From positions 32,001-96,000 of the forward strand of contig JAUVXV010000013.1 of assembly GCA_030603365.1 (NCBI GenBank): DNA of 64,000 nucleotides, written 5' to 3'. Source of the DNA: Candidatus Heimdallarchaeota archaeon (lineage in GTDB: Archaea > Asgardarchaeota > Heimdallarchaeia > Heimdallarchaeales > Heimdallarchaeaceae). Below the pieces are notes generated by a model. That model was not told the DNA's origin, ran no database searches, and saw only the letters and a program-made list of their open reading frames with translations. Position numbers and translations under genes: made by a program. Of this stretch, positions 1-9,990 are shown piece after piece. Numbering within the stretch: position 1 is the stretch's first letter; each line of letters opens with the position of its first letter.

Positions 1-2
1 CT

Positions 3-1781
3 AATCTTGGATTAACTAATGGTCATGATTATTACCAACAAATAACCTATATCTTGGAAAACATAATTGGTACTTTTGGTCCACCTTTAACAGCTGATTC
101 TGATAATGGAGGACAAGATAGAGCTGAACTTGTAGTGCAAGGTTCTGATAGATCGCTATCAGGATATCTCGCCTTAGCTATAATGACTTTGAGATTAAAC
201 AATATTCCTTGCAGACCAGTATTTGGTTTTGCTATCGGTAATGAAATCGGTGGTGACCCAAACGATCGAATGCTTGAATTAGACAACTTTTATGCTTGGA
301 TTGAAGCTCTAATACCCATTGATTTAGGAGGAGGTAAAATTGTTTATAAATGGGGACAATTCCAAATGGGACCCTATTATGATGGGGTAGATTTAATCTA
401 TTGTGAAAATACTCTTTACTCTTCATATGATATTGATTTATACATATTAAACGAACCTCCTCTATACTTCCCAGTTTCTAGTCAGTTGGCTGGAGGAGAA
501 CTAGTTTATGTTACTGATTATGCAACCAATTATACCTTTAGGGCAGTAGTATCAGATGTAAACGGTCCAGTGGATGGAGCTACTGTTACATTCAAAACAC
601 TTACCCTTGAAGATTATTACGCTTACCAAGCTAATCCTATTTTATTATTAACTTCCGCTCGGGATGTAGGGACGGCAGCAACGGTGGGAGGAGTGGCAGA
701 ATTATACACGGAATTAGATCCCATTGCCTATCCGATGTATGTGCCAAATGACAATTCGACGGTTTTTGCACTCTTAGGATATGTAACGTTCTTATCGATG
801 AATGCGACGGGATTCATAGTTGCACCTGATGGATATCTGACGAATGTCTATATTGATACAAACAAACAATTAATGGTGAATCCTTATCCGCCACCTATAG
901 GGATAGCAGATTTTTATATCCTCCAAAGAGGTGTAAATTATACTATATCTACAAATTTGTATGGTGAAATAACACATACCACACCTTTACCCAATAGGCT
1001 GGTAACATACTACATTTTAGATGACCCACAGCTGCAATTAATAATTGCAGACCCATTGAACCTGTTAAGTATCACTCCATATGGTGAGGCTCTAGCTTTT
1101 ACTAATAGTACGGGTGGATCAGCTGTAGCTACTTTATCAACAGGTTTCAATTTCTTTGAAAATTGTTCAGTATCTACGACCTACTATGTTGTTGCTCGAT
1201 ATGGACAAAATTATACGATTACAATATTAATCTATGAAGACAGTAAGAAATCAACTATTGATATAAGTGATGATTTCTTCAACAAGGATACAGAAGGAGA
1301 TACCTTTACAACAGATGTAGATTTCTATTTATATCTAGAACCTTCAGGTGGAACACCAGAACCAATAACCAATGAGGGTATTGATATCTGGTTTGTTGCT
1401 CAAGATGTATATAACGCTGCAACCAAGACAAGTAGATCAGCTCTAGAAAGCGATTTAACTGCTAGTCCTTTTGCTGTATTAGAAGAGAGTGCATTAACTG
1501 ATGGTGGCGGTATTTACAACACAACTCTAGTAGTTGACGTCTCTACTTTCTATGCAGGAATTTATTATGTAGTAATTTTCTATCTTGACACTTGGAATAT
1601 ATCAGCAGAAATTGTAATTGCAGATGTACCTCTCTCCCCTGTATTTGGTATGGATGGTCTTGAAAACAGTCTACCATCAGTTGAGCTAGGTGTAAATCGC
1701 GTTTTAGAATTATCGTCGCTATCAGAAAATTATCTTCTTTCTTCTCGAATGAAAATGATGCTTAGTGAGGTCTTAAAATGA
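3..1781 (+). CDS. Transglutaminase-like (apparently inactive) domain surface protein, 5'-truncated by window edge
   Basis: Frame is open from nt 3 (aat ctt gga tta...). YLALAIMTLRLNNIPCRPVFGF...YAWIE...WGQFQ matches the transglutaminase-like core pattern and is followed by beta-rich acidic sequence with NxS/T sequons. The stop overlaps the next ATG. Confidence 0.65.
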   Translation, partial: NLGLTNGHDYYQQITYILENIIGTFGPPLTADSDNGGQDRAELVVQGSDRSLSGYLALAIMTLRLNNIPCRPVFGFAIGNEIGGDPNDRMLELDNFYAWIEALIPIDLGGGKIVYKWGQFQMGPYYDGVDLIYCENTLYSSYDIDLYILNEPPLYFPVSSQLAGGELVYVTDYATNYTFRAVVSDVNGPVDGATVTFKTLTLEDYYAYQANPILLLTSARDVGTAATVGGVAELYTELDPIAYPMYVPNDNSTVFALLGYVTFLSMNATGFIVAPDGYLTNVYIDTNKQLMVNPYPPPIGIADFYILQRGVNYTISTNLYGEITHTTPLPNRLVTYYILDDPQLQLIIADPLNLLSITPYGEALAFTNSTGGSAVATLSTGFNFFENCSVSTTYYVVARYGQNYTITILIYEDSKKSTIDISDDFFNKDTEGDTFTTDVDFYLYLEPSGGTPEPITNEGIDIWFVAQDVYNAATKTSRSALESDLTASPFAVLEESALTDGGGIYNTTLVVDVSTFYAGIYYVVIFYLDTWNISAEIVIADVPLSPVFGMDGLENSLPSVELGVNRVLELSSLSENYLLSSRMKMMLSEVLK

Positions 1782-4700
1782 AGAAAAAGCAGTTATCAAT
1801 GTTGTACTCTGTCTTCATTTTCTTATTTTTGTTAACTAGTAATTATGCACAAATTGCAGTAGATGCAAATATAAAACAAAACCAAGATAGAAGTTTAGTA
1901 ATTAGTGGCTCCCAAAACCCAATGTCTGCACCTGACTATATAATAGAAATGCTGAACAACAGACAAAACTTCGAGTCAATGGAAGAATCTGATACTGTAT
2001 CAACTATTTCAGATTTAGAAACATCATCGTTAGATCCAATGAATCCTGTGTTTGAGGAATTGGAAATAACTATTCACGAAGATGAAGATTATTCTCTTGA
2101 ATCAGATTTAGGTGGAACTCATGAATTAATCCCACCTATCCCAGATAATAAGATTAAGCGAGGTGCCACTGTAACTGTTACAGGAAGATTATGGGGAGGT
2201 ATAACTGGGAGATATTGGGATAATGAAATGGTTTATCTTTATTACAGTATCACAGAAGCAGAATATGAGGGCAATCAAGCTTTTTATTTTGGAAATGGTC
2301 AATATGAAGTAAGTTCAGATTTGACTGATATTGATGGTATATTCAGCATTGATTTGGTAACATCTATATTAAGCTCTAGTGATTTCTCGAAAGTAGGTGA
2401 TATAAATCTTTTAACTTGGTTTAATGGTTCTTCAGCTGAAAGATTGGCCGGAAGTCCAGGAGCAAAAAATGTCACTTTCTTTGGACAAATGGATATCAAC
2501 AATATAGCTTCAGTTACAAACCCAAGTAATCCTTATTCTTTTACAACTAGCATTGTTTTTGAAAATGGAACAACTGTAAAAACATTCGGAACTAATTATG
2601 ACCTAGTTGTTGATTGGTCAGTTTCAAATGGTTTTGATCATAGCAGCACAAATGCTTTTACTGTATCACATCAGCATTCTTATGGTACAACTGCACCTGG
2701 TCCTGCGGAAGAAACGGTTTATTATTCTGCTTCATACAACATTGCGCAACTAGGAATAAACTTCTTTATAGAAAATTCAACAGGATTTATTGTAACAATT
2801 GAAGATTACACGATTAATACAGTTAATGTTCCATATACTACAGAAGAATCTCTAGTGGTTGATGCATATTTTGATTTTACTGGTACATATCTAAAAGGAC
2901 CTCAAGAGATTCAGATGGGTTCAACAATTGATTTCTATGCTAATTTATCATTCTCAGGTGGTTTGGTTAATGGTAGTGACATTGATATCTATATTCTATA
3001 TGGTACCACACCAACATATAGCCATTCTAATACAACAGTTGCTGGAGCGATTTCATTCAGTTTATATTTTGATCCAACAGTATATACAGATATCACACAA
3101 GGAATCTCAATTCAATTTAGATTTTATGAAAGCACTTACTATCCGGCCCGATTCCTCAATGATAGCCTAAGTACTATCCTAGCTGTAGATATAAGTACTG
3201 TTACTCTTACTTTAGATGATTCTTCTATTTTCTATACTACCAGTATGTCCCTAGGTTTCAATGTTGAGGTTAGAGATGTTAATAACAATCTAGCACGATT
3301 ATCTAGATTCCAGTTGATTTTTCCAGGAATAGGAACTGAAGAGATTGTCACTGCAACTGGATCAGAAGATGTTTCTAAAATTGTTCCATCTTATGTTATT
3401 TTGAATGATTTTGAAACAATTATAATTACAGCATTGTTTGAAGATGGGGGACACTACAAATATTATGTCCCAGGTAGTCCTTCAGACAGCGACTCATTTG
3501 ATATTTATCATTCTCTTACACTAATATTATATTATCCTAATGCAACGGTTGTATCGACTGCATCAACAAATGAATGGAATCAAACCTATTGGCCTCAATT
3601 TTCTGCAGGATATTATGAATTGACAGCTGTTGATCAATCTGGAAGAAACCCAATTGGTGCAGAAATATCTATTTCCTTTGCAGGAAGCACAATGAATGCT
3701 TATATTACTGTAGGAGTAAACTATGTCAGATGGGGATCTGCAAGTTTGGTTAATGCCTCATTTGAAACTTGGGAGGCATATGTTGGTGATTTGATAGCTA
3801 CTGGAGGATCTATGCCAACTCCACCTTCAATTATTTTATCTGTCAATGTCTTTGGTCCAGATAATGCATTTCCAACAATCGATGATATTATATTGACACC
3901 TGATCCATTTATACTGATTCCTCATGATCCTTATTACAATATTACAGTAACAGTAATTGCGAGTGATATAGGAACTGGAGTAAGAACAGTAAACCTTACG
4001 TATGGTGTTTTTGATTTTACAGACACACTAGTTTATTGGGATATCCTTATAATGTCAAATATTGGTCCTAACACATATCAAGCAAACATAACAACCTTTC
4101 TTATCCATGATCAGTATTTAGTTCGCTTTGCACTTGAAGTCAATGATTATAATGGTTATGGAATAAATGCTGTTGGTGGTCTACAGACGAACCCAATATT
4201 TTGGTATGACCAATGGGCTGCAAATTACTATCTATTTCCATTGGTTCCAGAATTTAGAGTAGGAGATGTTTATGGTCCTGTTGAAGATTCACCACCTTTA
4301 TTCAATCCTTCATCAGATCCTTTGGATCCTTCTGTTGATATTACTGTATATATGAATGATAGTATTGTTTATTCTGGAATGAATGATGTAATAATCGCTG
4401 TTCATAGAAACAACACAATAACAGGAGTGCTAGAATTATTCTTCGTAAATAATGAGTCAATGACGAATATACTTGGTACTAACCAATGGACTTATGCTTT
4501 GGATATGGATTATAATTATGAATATTGGGTGTTTTACTTAGGATTCGATACAGCGAGTCCAGGTAATAACCCAACGCCAACTGGATTTTATGGTCCTGTT
4601 TATCTTCAAGCTATAGATAGTACAGCACCAAGTATAAGCGCAATTACACCGATATATAATGGAACCATTGCTTCACCTGATACTGTTATTACATATAATG

Positions 4701-5446
4701 TGACTATTTCTGATACTCAAACTAACATATCCTCTGTTGTTCTCAGTATAGATATCACATTGGGTGAAACAGTTTATGTTGAAGATTATACGATAATAAT
4801 GACAAGGGTTGGAACTTCAGACGTGTTCACAGCTCAACTTGATCTTAGCGATTTTGCTCTGACAAGATCAGGAACATATGCCCTCTTATACTCTGTTACT
4901 GCAACGGACGAGGTAGGAAACTTTGATACAATTTCAGCTTCAATGGGAATTCTCAATGAAGCAGGTGGATTAGGTATAAGTAATTTGGGTGCCATTATTG
5001 GTGGAGTGGTAGGTGGAATTGTTGTTCTTCTAGCAGGTTTGTTCTTGTGGTTTAATAGGCACACTATCCAGACTTATACTAAGAAACAAACATTCAAACG
5101 AAGATTACGAGATTATCTTAGAGAGATTATTGAGGACATCAAAAAGGATGGTTTAGAAGGGAGATACAAAGAAGGTATACTAAAAAGTTGGAGTGTTGTG
5201 GAGGGAATAGGTAGAGAATTCTTCAATCTGCCAAGATATAGGAGTCAAACTCCTACAGAATTTGGAAGATTATTAACATATAGAGGAAAGATTGAGAGCG
5301 AACTCATCAATACTCTATTGCTTTATTTCGAAAAAGCACGTTATGGCCATGAAGAAATCACAGAGAAAGATTTCAACGCAGGTATTCGTGCTTTACTAAA
5401 ACTAGTCGATAAAATAGAAGTAGGTGAAATGAAAATTGAGTCATAG
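1778..5446 (+). CDS. Large secreted/surface glycoprotein with C-terminal TM and DUF4129-like cytoplasmic domain
   Basis: N-terminal signal peptide, long acidic Ig-like region, TM GAIIGGVVGGIVVLLAGLFLWF, and tail SQTPTEF...FEKARYG typical of DUF4129. Confidence 0.7.
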   Translation: MKKKQLSMLYSVFIFLFLLTSNYAQIAVDANIKQNQDRSLVISGSQNPMSAPDYIIEMLNNRQNFESMEESDTVSTISDLETSSLDPMNPVFEELEITIHEDEDYSLESDLGGTHELIPPIPDNKIKRGATVTVTGRLWGGITGRYWDNEMVYLYYSITEAEYEGNQAFYFGNGQYEVSSDLTDIDGIFSIDLVTSILSSSDFSKVGDINLLTWFNGSSAERLAGSPGAKNVTFFGQMDINNIASVTNPSNPYSFTTSIVFENGTTVKTFGTNYDLVVDWSVSNGFDHSSTNAFTVSHQHSYGTTAPGPAEETVYYSASYNIAQLGINFFIENSTGFIVTIEDYTINTVNVPYTTEESLVVDAYFDFTGTYLKGPQEIQMGSTIDFYANLSFSGGLVNGSDIDIYILYGTTPTYSHSNTTVAGAISFSLYFDPTVYTDITQGISIQFRFYESTYYPARFLNDSLSTILAVDISTVTLTLDDSSIFYTTSMSLGFNVEVRDVNNNLARLSRFQLIFPGIGTEEIVTATGSEDVSKIVPSYVILNDFETIIITALFEDGGHYKYYVPGSPSDSDSFDIYHSLTLILYYPNATVVSTASTNEWNQTYWPQFSAGYYELTAVDQSGRNPIGAEISISFAGSTMNAYITVGVNYVRWGSASLVNASFETWEAYVGDLIATGGSMPTPPSIILSVNVFGPDNAFPTIDDIILTPDPFILIPHDPYYNITVTVIASDIGTGVRTVNLTYGVFDFTDTLVYWDILIMSNIGPNTYQANITTFLIHDQYLVRFALEVNDYNGYGINAVGGLQTNPIFWYDQWAANYYLFPLVPEFRVGDVYGPVEDSPPLFNPSSDPLDPSVDITVYMNDSIVYSGMNDVIIAVHRNNTITGVLELFFVNNESMTNILGTNQWTYALDMDYNYEYWVFYLGFDTASPGNNPTPTGFYGPVYLQAIDSTAPSISAITPIYNGTIASPDTVITYNVTISDTQTNISSVVLSIDITLGETVYVEDYTIIMTRVGTSDVFTAQLDLSDFALTRSGTYALLYSVTATDEVGNFDTISASMGILNEAGGLGISNLGAIIGGVVGGIVVLLAGLFLWFNRHTIQTYTKKQTFKRRLRDYLREIIEDIKKDGLEGRYKEGILKSWSVVEGIGREFFNLPRYRSQTPTEFGRLLTYRGKIESELINTLLLYFEKARYGHEEITEKDFNAGIRALLKLVDKIEVGEMKIES

Positions 5447-5879
5447 TGGATTCTTTGGATTCTTTAAGAAACGGAAACAAGTAAAAGCTTTGAACCAGAT
5501 GTTCACATCAGTTATGGCTGATGTTAGAATTTTCGAGCAAAGGCAAGATTACAAAGGAGCAGTAATAGCTTCTTTTGGCGGTTTAACAAACATTGCTGGT
5601 GGTCTTCTTGAATTAGCTCGTGCTCCTTACCAAACAGGTAGAGAATTTGGTTTCCAAGTGGCTGACAAAGCAAACATATCAAGTGAAGTTATGGATGAAT
5701 ATCTTACTTCATTTGAGATTGCTAGATATACAGATGCTGAGATAACTTACGACGATTATCAAGAAGCAGTTCAGAGATTAGATATCTGTTTCAGAGGTAT
5801 AAGAGAACAGGGTGTAGAAGTAGTTGAGCCAGCAAGAACCCAAACAAAGGCAAGGAAGAAGATTAAGAGAAAGGATTAG
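5436..5879 (+). CDS. Stand-alone DUF4129-like protein
   Basis: YQTGREF...FEIARY motif parallels the tail of the upstream gene. Sits within the operon. Confidence 0.6.
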   Translation: MSHSGFFGFFKKRKQVKALNQMFTSVMADVRIFEQRQDYKGAVIASFGGLTNIAGGLLELARAPYQTGREFGFQVADKANISSEVMDEYLTSFEIARYTDAEITYDDYQEAVQRLDICFRGIREQGVEVVEPARTQTKARKKIKRKD

Positions 5880-7485
5880 AGGAATAAATCTCAACTTCAC
5901 TAAATATACTATAGTGATGTCTATCCTCTTCTTGATTGTAGTGGTACCTATATTATTAGGGATAGTAGGTCTAGGTCGAGCTGGTATGAAATTCAGTATT
6001 TATAATGATAATTGGGATGGTCTATCAAGTTTACGAGTATCACTTCAAAGTGAAGGTTATACCAACATAACTAATGGAATGTCGTCTTTGTCATTACTAA
6101 ATCGAGTGTATGAACCAGGTGTTCTTGTTATAATGGGTCCAGCTACCCAATATTCAACAACAGATACTATATCATTGATAACGTTCTTAGCAAGAGGAGG
6201 TAGTCTGTTAGTTGCGGATGATTATGGAACGGGAGCTGAAATCTTTGAACCATTATTCAATATCTTAAATACGTGGGAAGAAGTAGCAGCTCTAGCTGGC
6301 TTGGCTTCATTAACAGACTTGTTTGGATTTGGTGCAAATGAATCTGAAGGACTAACCGAAGAAGCACTGATGTTTGAAATGTTAGGGATGCTCAGAGGTT
6401 TTGCATTTAATGGTTCGGTTCTAATGGACGCGGGTAGTTATACAACTAATCCAGCACAACCTGTTTTGATAAATATGGAACCTTCAAATCCATTAACCGC
6501 AGGTGTCACTAGACTTCAGATGGAATTTGGTACTGTGTTAAGCATCGCAATTCATCATCCATTATATATAGATAGTGGAGGGACTGAAACAGTTAAAACA
6601 TACCAAACAGATTGGATGCCTTTACAAGCAGTTACTTTGGAATTATTTGGTATGGAAATAGAGAATCAATTCCTTCCATTCTTACCATTTTACACAACTA
6701 CATCAGCTTGGTTAGAATCTGATTTTCAATCAGCAAAAGAAGGAACTGCCACACCAGATGTGGAAGAATGGGGGGGAGTAATGTTTTCTCCAATCATGAC
6801 TCTACCTATTGGCTCAGGTAAGATTGTAATGATAGGAGATCCTGATATATTCATCAATAAATGGATAGATCAAACTACAGAAAATGATAATTTACAATTT
6901 AGTTTAAATCTTTTTAATTATCTTACCGAAGATTTAAACGTAACATATAATCCCAGATCAGCACAAATTATTTTTGATGAGGGTCATACTCATCAGAAAT
7001 TCTACAGTGCTTCTGTTTACTCAATGACCATAATGAGATTTCTGACAGAAATGTCAATGTTTCCATTATATTCTCCGTTTATCCCAATAATTTTTGCAGT
7101 CTTGGGATATAAACTAATTCCTAAAAAATCAAGACTTTCTCCTGTTCTTTGGACAAAATATAGAGGAGAAAAAGGTAAGTCTAGGTTTGAAAGAGAAATA
7201 CGAAGAATCACGGAAACGGGAGCATATAGTGAGGCAGTGGGGTTGTTATATCGAACCTTAGTTAGAGGTTTAAGAAAGGTGTCAAAACAATCGATGTCGA
7301 CACCAGAAGAAATTGCAGGATTCTTCTCAGAAAGAGATACTTCTATGAGGTATAAAGATCTGCATGAAACTTTAGTTAGAATAGATAATTATCTGGCAAA
7401 ACCAAAGATTCTGCCTGAGCATCTGTTCATGAAATATATGGCATTCATTAAGGGGTTAATTGATAGATTACCCAAAATTAAGTAA
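5824..7485 (+). CDS. DUF4350-like membrane-anchored protein (true start probably somewhat downstream)
   Basis: N-terminal TM, FSIYNDNWDGLSSL, GGSLLVADD, GSGKIVMIGDPDIFIN and IIFDEGH motifs, second TM. Usual neighbour of MoxR. Confidence 0.65.
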   Translation: MSQQEPKQRQGRRLRERIRGINLNFTKYTIVMSILFLIVVVPILLGIVGLGRAGMKFSIYNDNWDGLSSLRVSLQSEGYTNITNGMSSLSLLNRVYEPGVLVIMGPATQYSTTDTISLITFLARGGSLLVADDYGTGAEIFEPLFNILNTWEEVAALAGLASLTDLFGFGANESEGLTEEALMFEMLGMLRGFAFNGSVLMDAGSYTTNPAQPVLINMEPSNPLTAGVTRLQMEFGTVLSIAIHHPLYIDSGGTETVKTYQTDWMPLQAVTLELFGMEIENQFLPFLPFYTTTSAWLESDFQSAKEGTATPDVEEWGGVMFSPIMTLPIGSGKIVMIGDPDIFINKWIDQTTENDNLQFSLNLFNYLTEDLNVTYNPRSAQIIFDEGHTHQKFYSASVYSMTIMRFLTEMSMFPLYSPFIPIIFAVLGYKLIPKKSRLSPVLWTKYRGEKGKSRFEREIRRITETGAYSEAVGLLYRTLVRGLRKVSKQSMSTPEEIAGFFSERDTSMRYKDLHETLVRIDNYLAKPKILPEHLFMKYMAFIKGLIDRLPKIK

Positions 7486-7503
7486 AGGAAAAAGTGAAAA
7501 AAA

Positions 7504-8505
7504 ATGAGTGAAGAAAAAAGTGAAGAAGTGAAAGGAAAAGCAAAAACAACTACTGAGGCAGTTGTTACTCCTAAAGATGTTAAGAGAGTATGGGATGAAA
7601 TCTACAGCGAACTAAGCAGAGTCATCATTGGCAAATTGGACGTTCTTGAAGATATGTTCATCTCATTATTAGCAGGAGGACATTGTCTTTTAGAAGGTGT
7701 TCCAGGTATTGCTAAAACTGTTATGGCGAAGACTTTTGCAATGACTCTAGGATGTGAGTTTAAACGTGTGCAATTTACACCAGATCTTCTGCCATCAGAT
7801 ATTGTAGGTACTACCATTTATGATCCTAAAGCAGGAACATTCAAAATGAGAAAAGGGCCTATCTTTACCAATATCCTTCTAGCAGACGAAATTAACAGAA
7901 GTCCTCCAAAAACACAAGCAGCGCTCTTGGAAGCAATGGGAGAAAAACAAGTTACAGTTGAAGGTACAACTTTCAAGCTTGAAGATCCATTCTTGGTCAT
8001 CGCGACTCAGAACCCCATTGAGCAAGAAGGAACATATCCGTTACCAGAAGCTCAGGTTGACAGGTTCATGTTTAAGCTCTTAGTTGGTCTTCCTTCTCCA
8101 GAAGAAGAAATGGACATTATCAAGCTTAAGCACAAACAAGTCAGACAAACTGTTAGAAGAGTTACAACTCCTATGACTATTGTCAAGATGAAAGAGACTG
8201 TTGAATCCAAAATATATTTACATGAAGATTTGATGGTGTATATCAAAGATTTAGTAGTATCGACAAGAACAGATCCCAGATTAATGCTTGGTGGAAGTCC
8301 CAGATGCAGTATTGCTTTATTGAATGCTTCTAAATCTGTTGCTGCAATGAGAGGTAGAGATTATGTTATCCCAGATGATATTAAGAGGATAGCAAGAGTA
8401 GCTACTGCTCATAGATTGCAAATGAAACCAGAAGCAGAACTTGAAGGAACCACTGGTACAATGGTTGTCAATGAGATATTGAGAAACTTACCAGTACCTG
8501 TGTAG
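7504..8505 (+). CDS. moxR: MoxR-family AAA+ ATPase
   Basis: Walker A region EGVPGIAKT, RVQFTPDLLPSDIVG, Walker B LLADEINR, ATQNPIEQEGTYPLPEAQVDRF. Confidence 0.95.
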   Translation: MSEEKSEEVKGKAKTTTEAVVTPKDVKRVWDEIYSELSRVIIGKLDVLEDMFISLLAGGHCLLEGVPGIAKTVMAKTFAMTLGCEFKRVQFTPDLLPSDIVGTTIYDPKAGTFKMRKGPIFTNILLADEINRSPPKTQAALLEAMGEKQVTVEGTTFKLEDPFLVIATQNPIEQEGTYPLPEAQVDRFMFKLLVGLPSPEEEMDIIKLKHKQVRQTVRRVTTPMTIVKMKETVESKIYLHEDLMVYIKDLVVSTRTDPRLMLGGSPRCSIALLNASKSVAAMRGRDYVIPDDIKRIARVATAHRLQMKPEAELEGTTGTMVVNEILRNLPVPV

Positions 8506-8532
8506 TATAACAGTGGAAATAGGTGGAAAATA

Positions 8533-9984
8533 GTGTTTACACGCCGTGGTGGCTGGCTAATCTTTGCTGGAATTGTGATGATTAGCGTAGGCTTTGCACT
8601 GGCTGGTTATTTATCGTTAAACGTTATGTTTGATTCGTTTGGATTGAATCCACAACCTAATGATACTTATGTAGATCCAGGAGTATCTCAAGGATTTGGT
8701 GTAATGGACTTTCTTCATTTCTATATGGATAGGGCGGGGACATTAATCTGGTTCTTCATAATTGGAGGCGTAATGTTAATCTTTTCAGTACTCTTAGGTT
8801 TGCCTTTCTATAGGTTAGGGGCTAATCCCAAATCAATAGAAATCAAAAGAAGAGTATCCAAACCTAAAGCTTTTGCTGGAGATTATCTCTACATTGAAGT
8901 AACTGCCAGAAATAAGTCTGTAAATCAATTACCAACAATAGAAATTTATGATGCAATTCCAGAGGTTTTTGATCTAGTTTTAGGAGAAAATTTCATAGTA
9001 ACGCAACTGAATCCTAGACAAACCATATCCTATGGGTATGTTGTACGAATACCTATTCGAGGATTATTTGAGATTGGACCAACTAAGGTTATAATCAGAG
9101 ATCGAATGGGTTTCTATGCAACCGAAGGTAAAATTAGATCAAAAACAGAGATACTTGTTTATCCAAGCTATGAAGATATTAAGAAACTAGAGATGGTTGG
9201 TAAAAAACGTCAATTAGGGCTTCTATTTGGTGTGCATAGGACTAAGCTAAAAGGGATGGGTACTGAATTTTGGGGTATCCGTAAATATCAAACTGGTGAT
9301 GCTTTCAAATTCATTGATTGGAAAGCTTTCTCTCGTTCTGGTAAAATGATGGTTCGCGAATTTGAGTCTGAAGAAAATATTCGTCTTCTTATCATGATCG
9401 ATTCCTCTGCTAGTATGGGGGCTGGTTTACCTCGAAATACCAAACTTGAATATGCTATCCGTAGTGCTGTTCTTCTCATTCATCTGGGTTTCGAGAAGAG
9501 AGATCTTGTTGGTTTGTGTGTTTATGGTGATAAGGTGAGGAATTGGGTAGACTTAACTTCTACTAGAACTCGTTTATTCCAGTTCCTTGAAGTATTAGCT
9601 CACACTAAACCTGAAGGTGAGTCAGATCTAGAAACTGCGATAGCGTATGTTCTTCAGAGGGTTAAACGTTCTGCTTACATAGTTATACTTACCGATCTTG
9701 AATCTCATCCTGAGCGCATGATTCAAGCAATTAGAAGAGCTAGAGCTAGGAAACATAATATAACTGTTCTATCACCATTCGGTCCATGGTTTGAAATTGT
9801 TTCTCAACAGCTTTCACCAGTAGAACAGATGATTGGCTATGCTATGGTCGAGAAACAATTAGGGGAACGCCAGAATATGTTTAAGATGCTACGAAGATAT
9901 GATGCAGTTTCAATATCTGTTGGTCCAGATGATTTCTTACCAACAGTAATGGCTCAATTCAATAGGATGCAAAGACAAGGGTGA
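8533..9984 (+). CDS. DUF58 / vWA-domain membrane protein (MoxR partner)
   Basis: GTEFWGIRKYQTGDAFKFIDWKA, VREFE and MIDAS-like DSSASM. N-terminal TMs. Confidence 0.88.
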   Translation: MFTRRGGWLIFAGIVMISVGFALAGYLSLNVMFDSFGLNPQPNDTYVDPGVSQGFGVMDFLHFYMDRAGTLIWFFIIGGVMLIFSVLLGLPFYRLGANPKSIEIKRRVSKPKAFAGDYLYIEVTARNKSVNQLPTIEIYDAIPEVFDLVLGENFIVTQLNPRQTISYGYVVRIPIRGLFEIGPTKVIIRDRMGFYATEGKIRSKTEILVYPSYEDIKKLEMVGKKRQLGLLFGVHRTKLKGMGTEFWGIRKYQTGDAFKFIDWKAFSRSGKMMVREFESEENIRLLIMIDSSASMGAGLPRNTKLEYAIRSAVLLIHLGFEKRDLVGLCVYGDKVRNWVDLTSTRTRLFQFLEVLAHTKPEGESDLETAIAYVLQRVKRSAYIVILTDLESHPERMIQAIRRARARKHNITVLSPFGPWFEIVSQQLSPVEQMIGYAMVEKQLGERQNMFKMLRRYDAVSISVGPDDFLPTVMAQFNRMQRQG

Positions 9985-9990
9985 AAAAAA

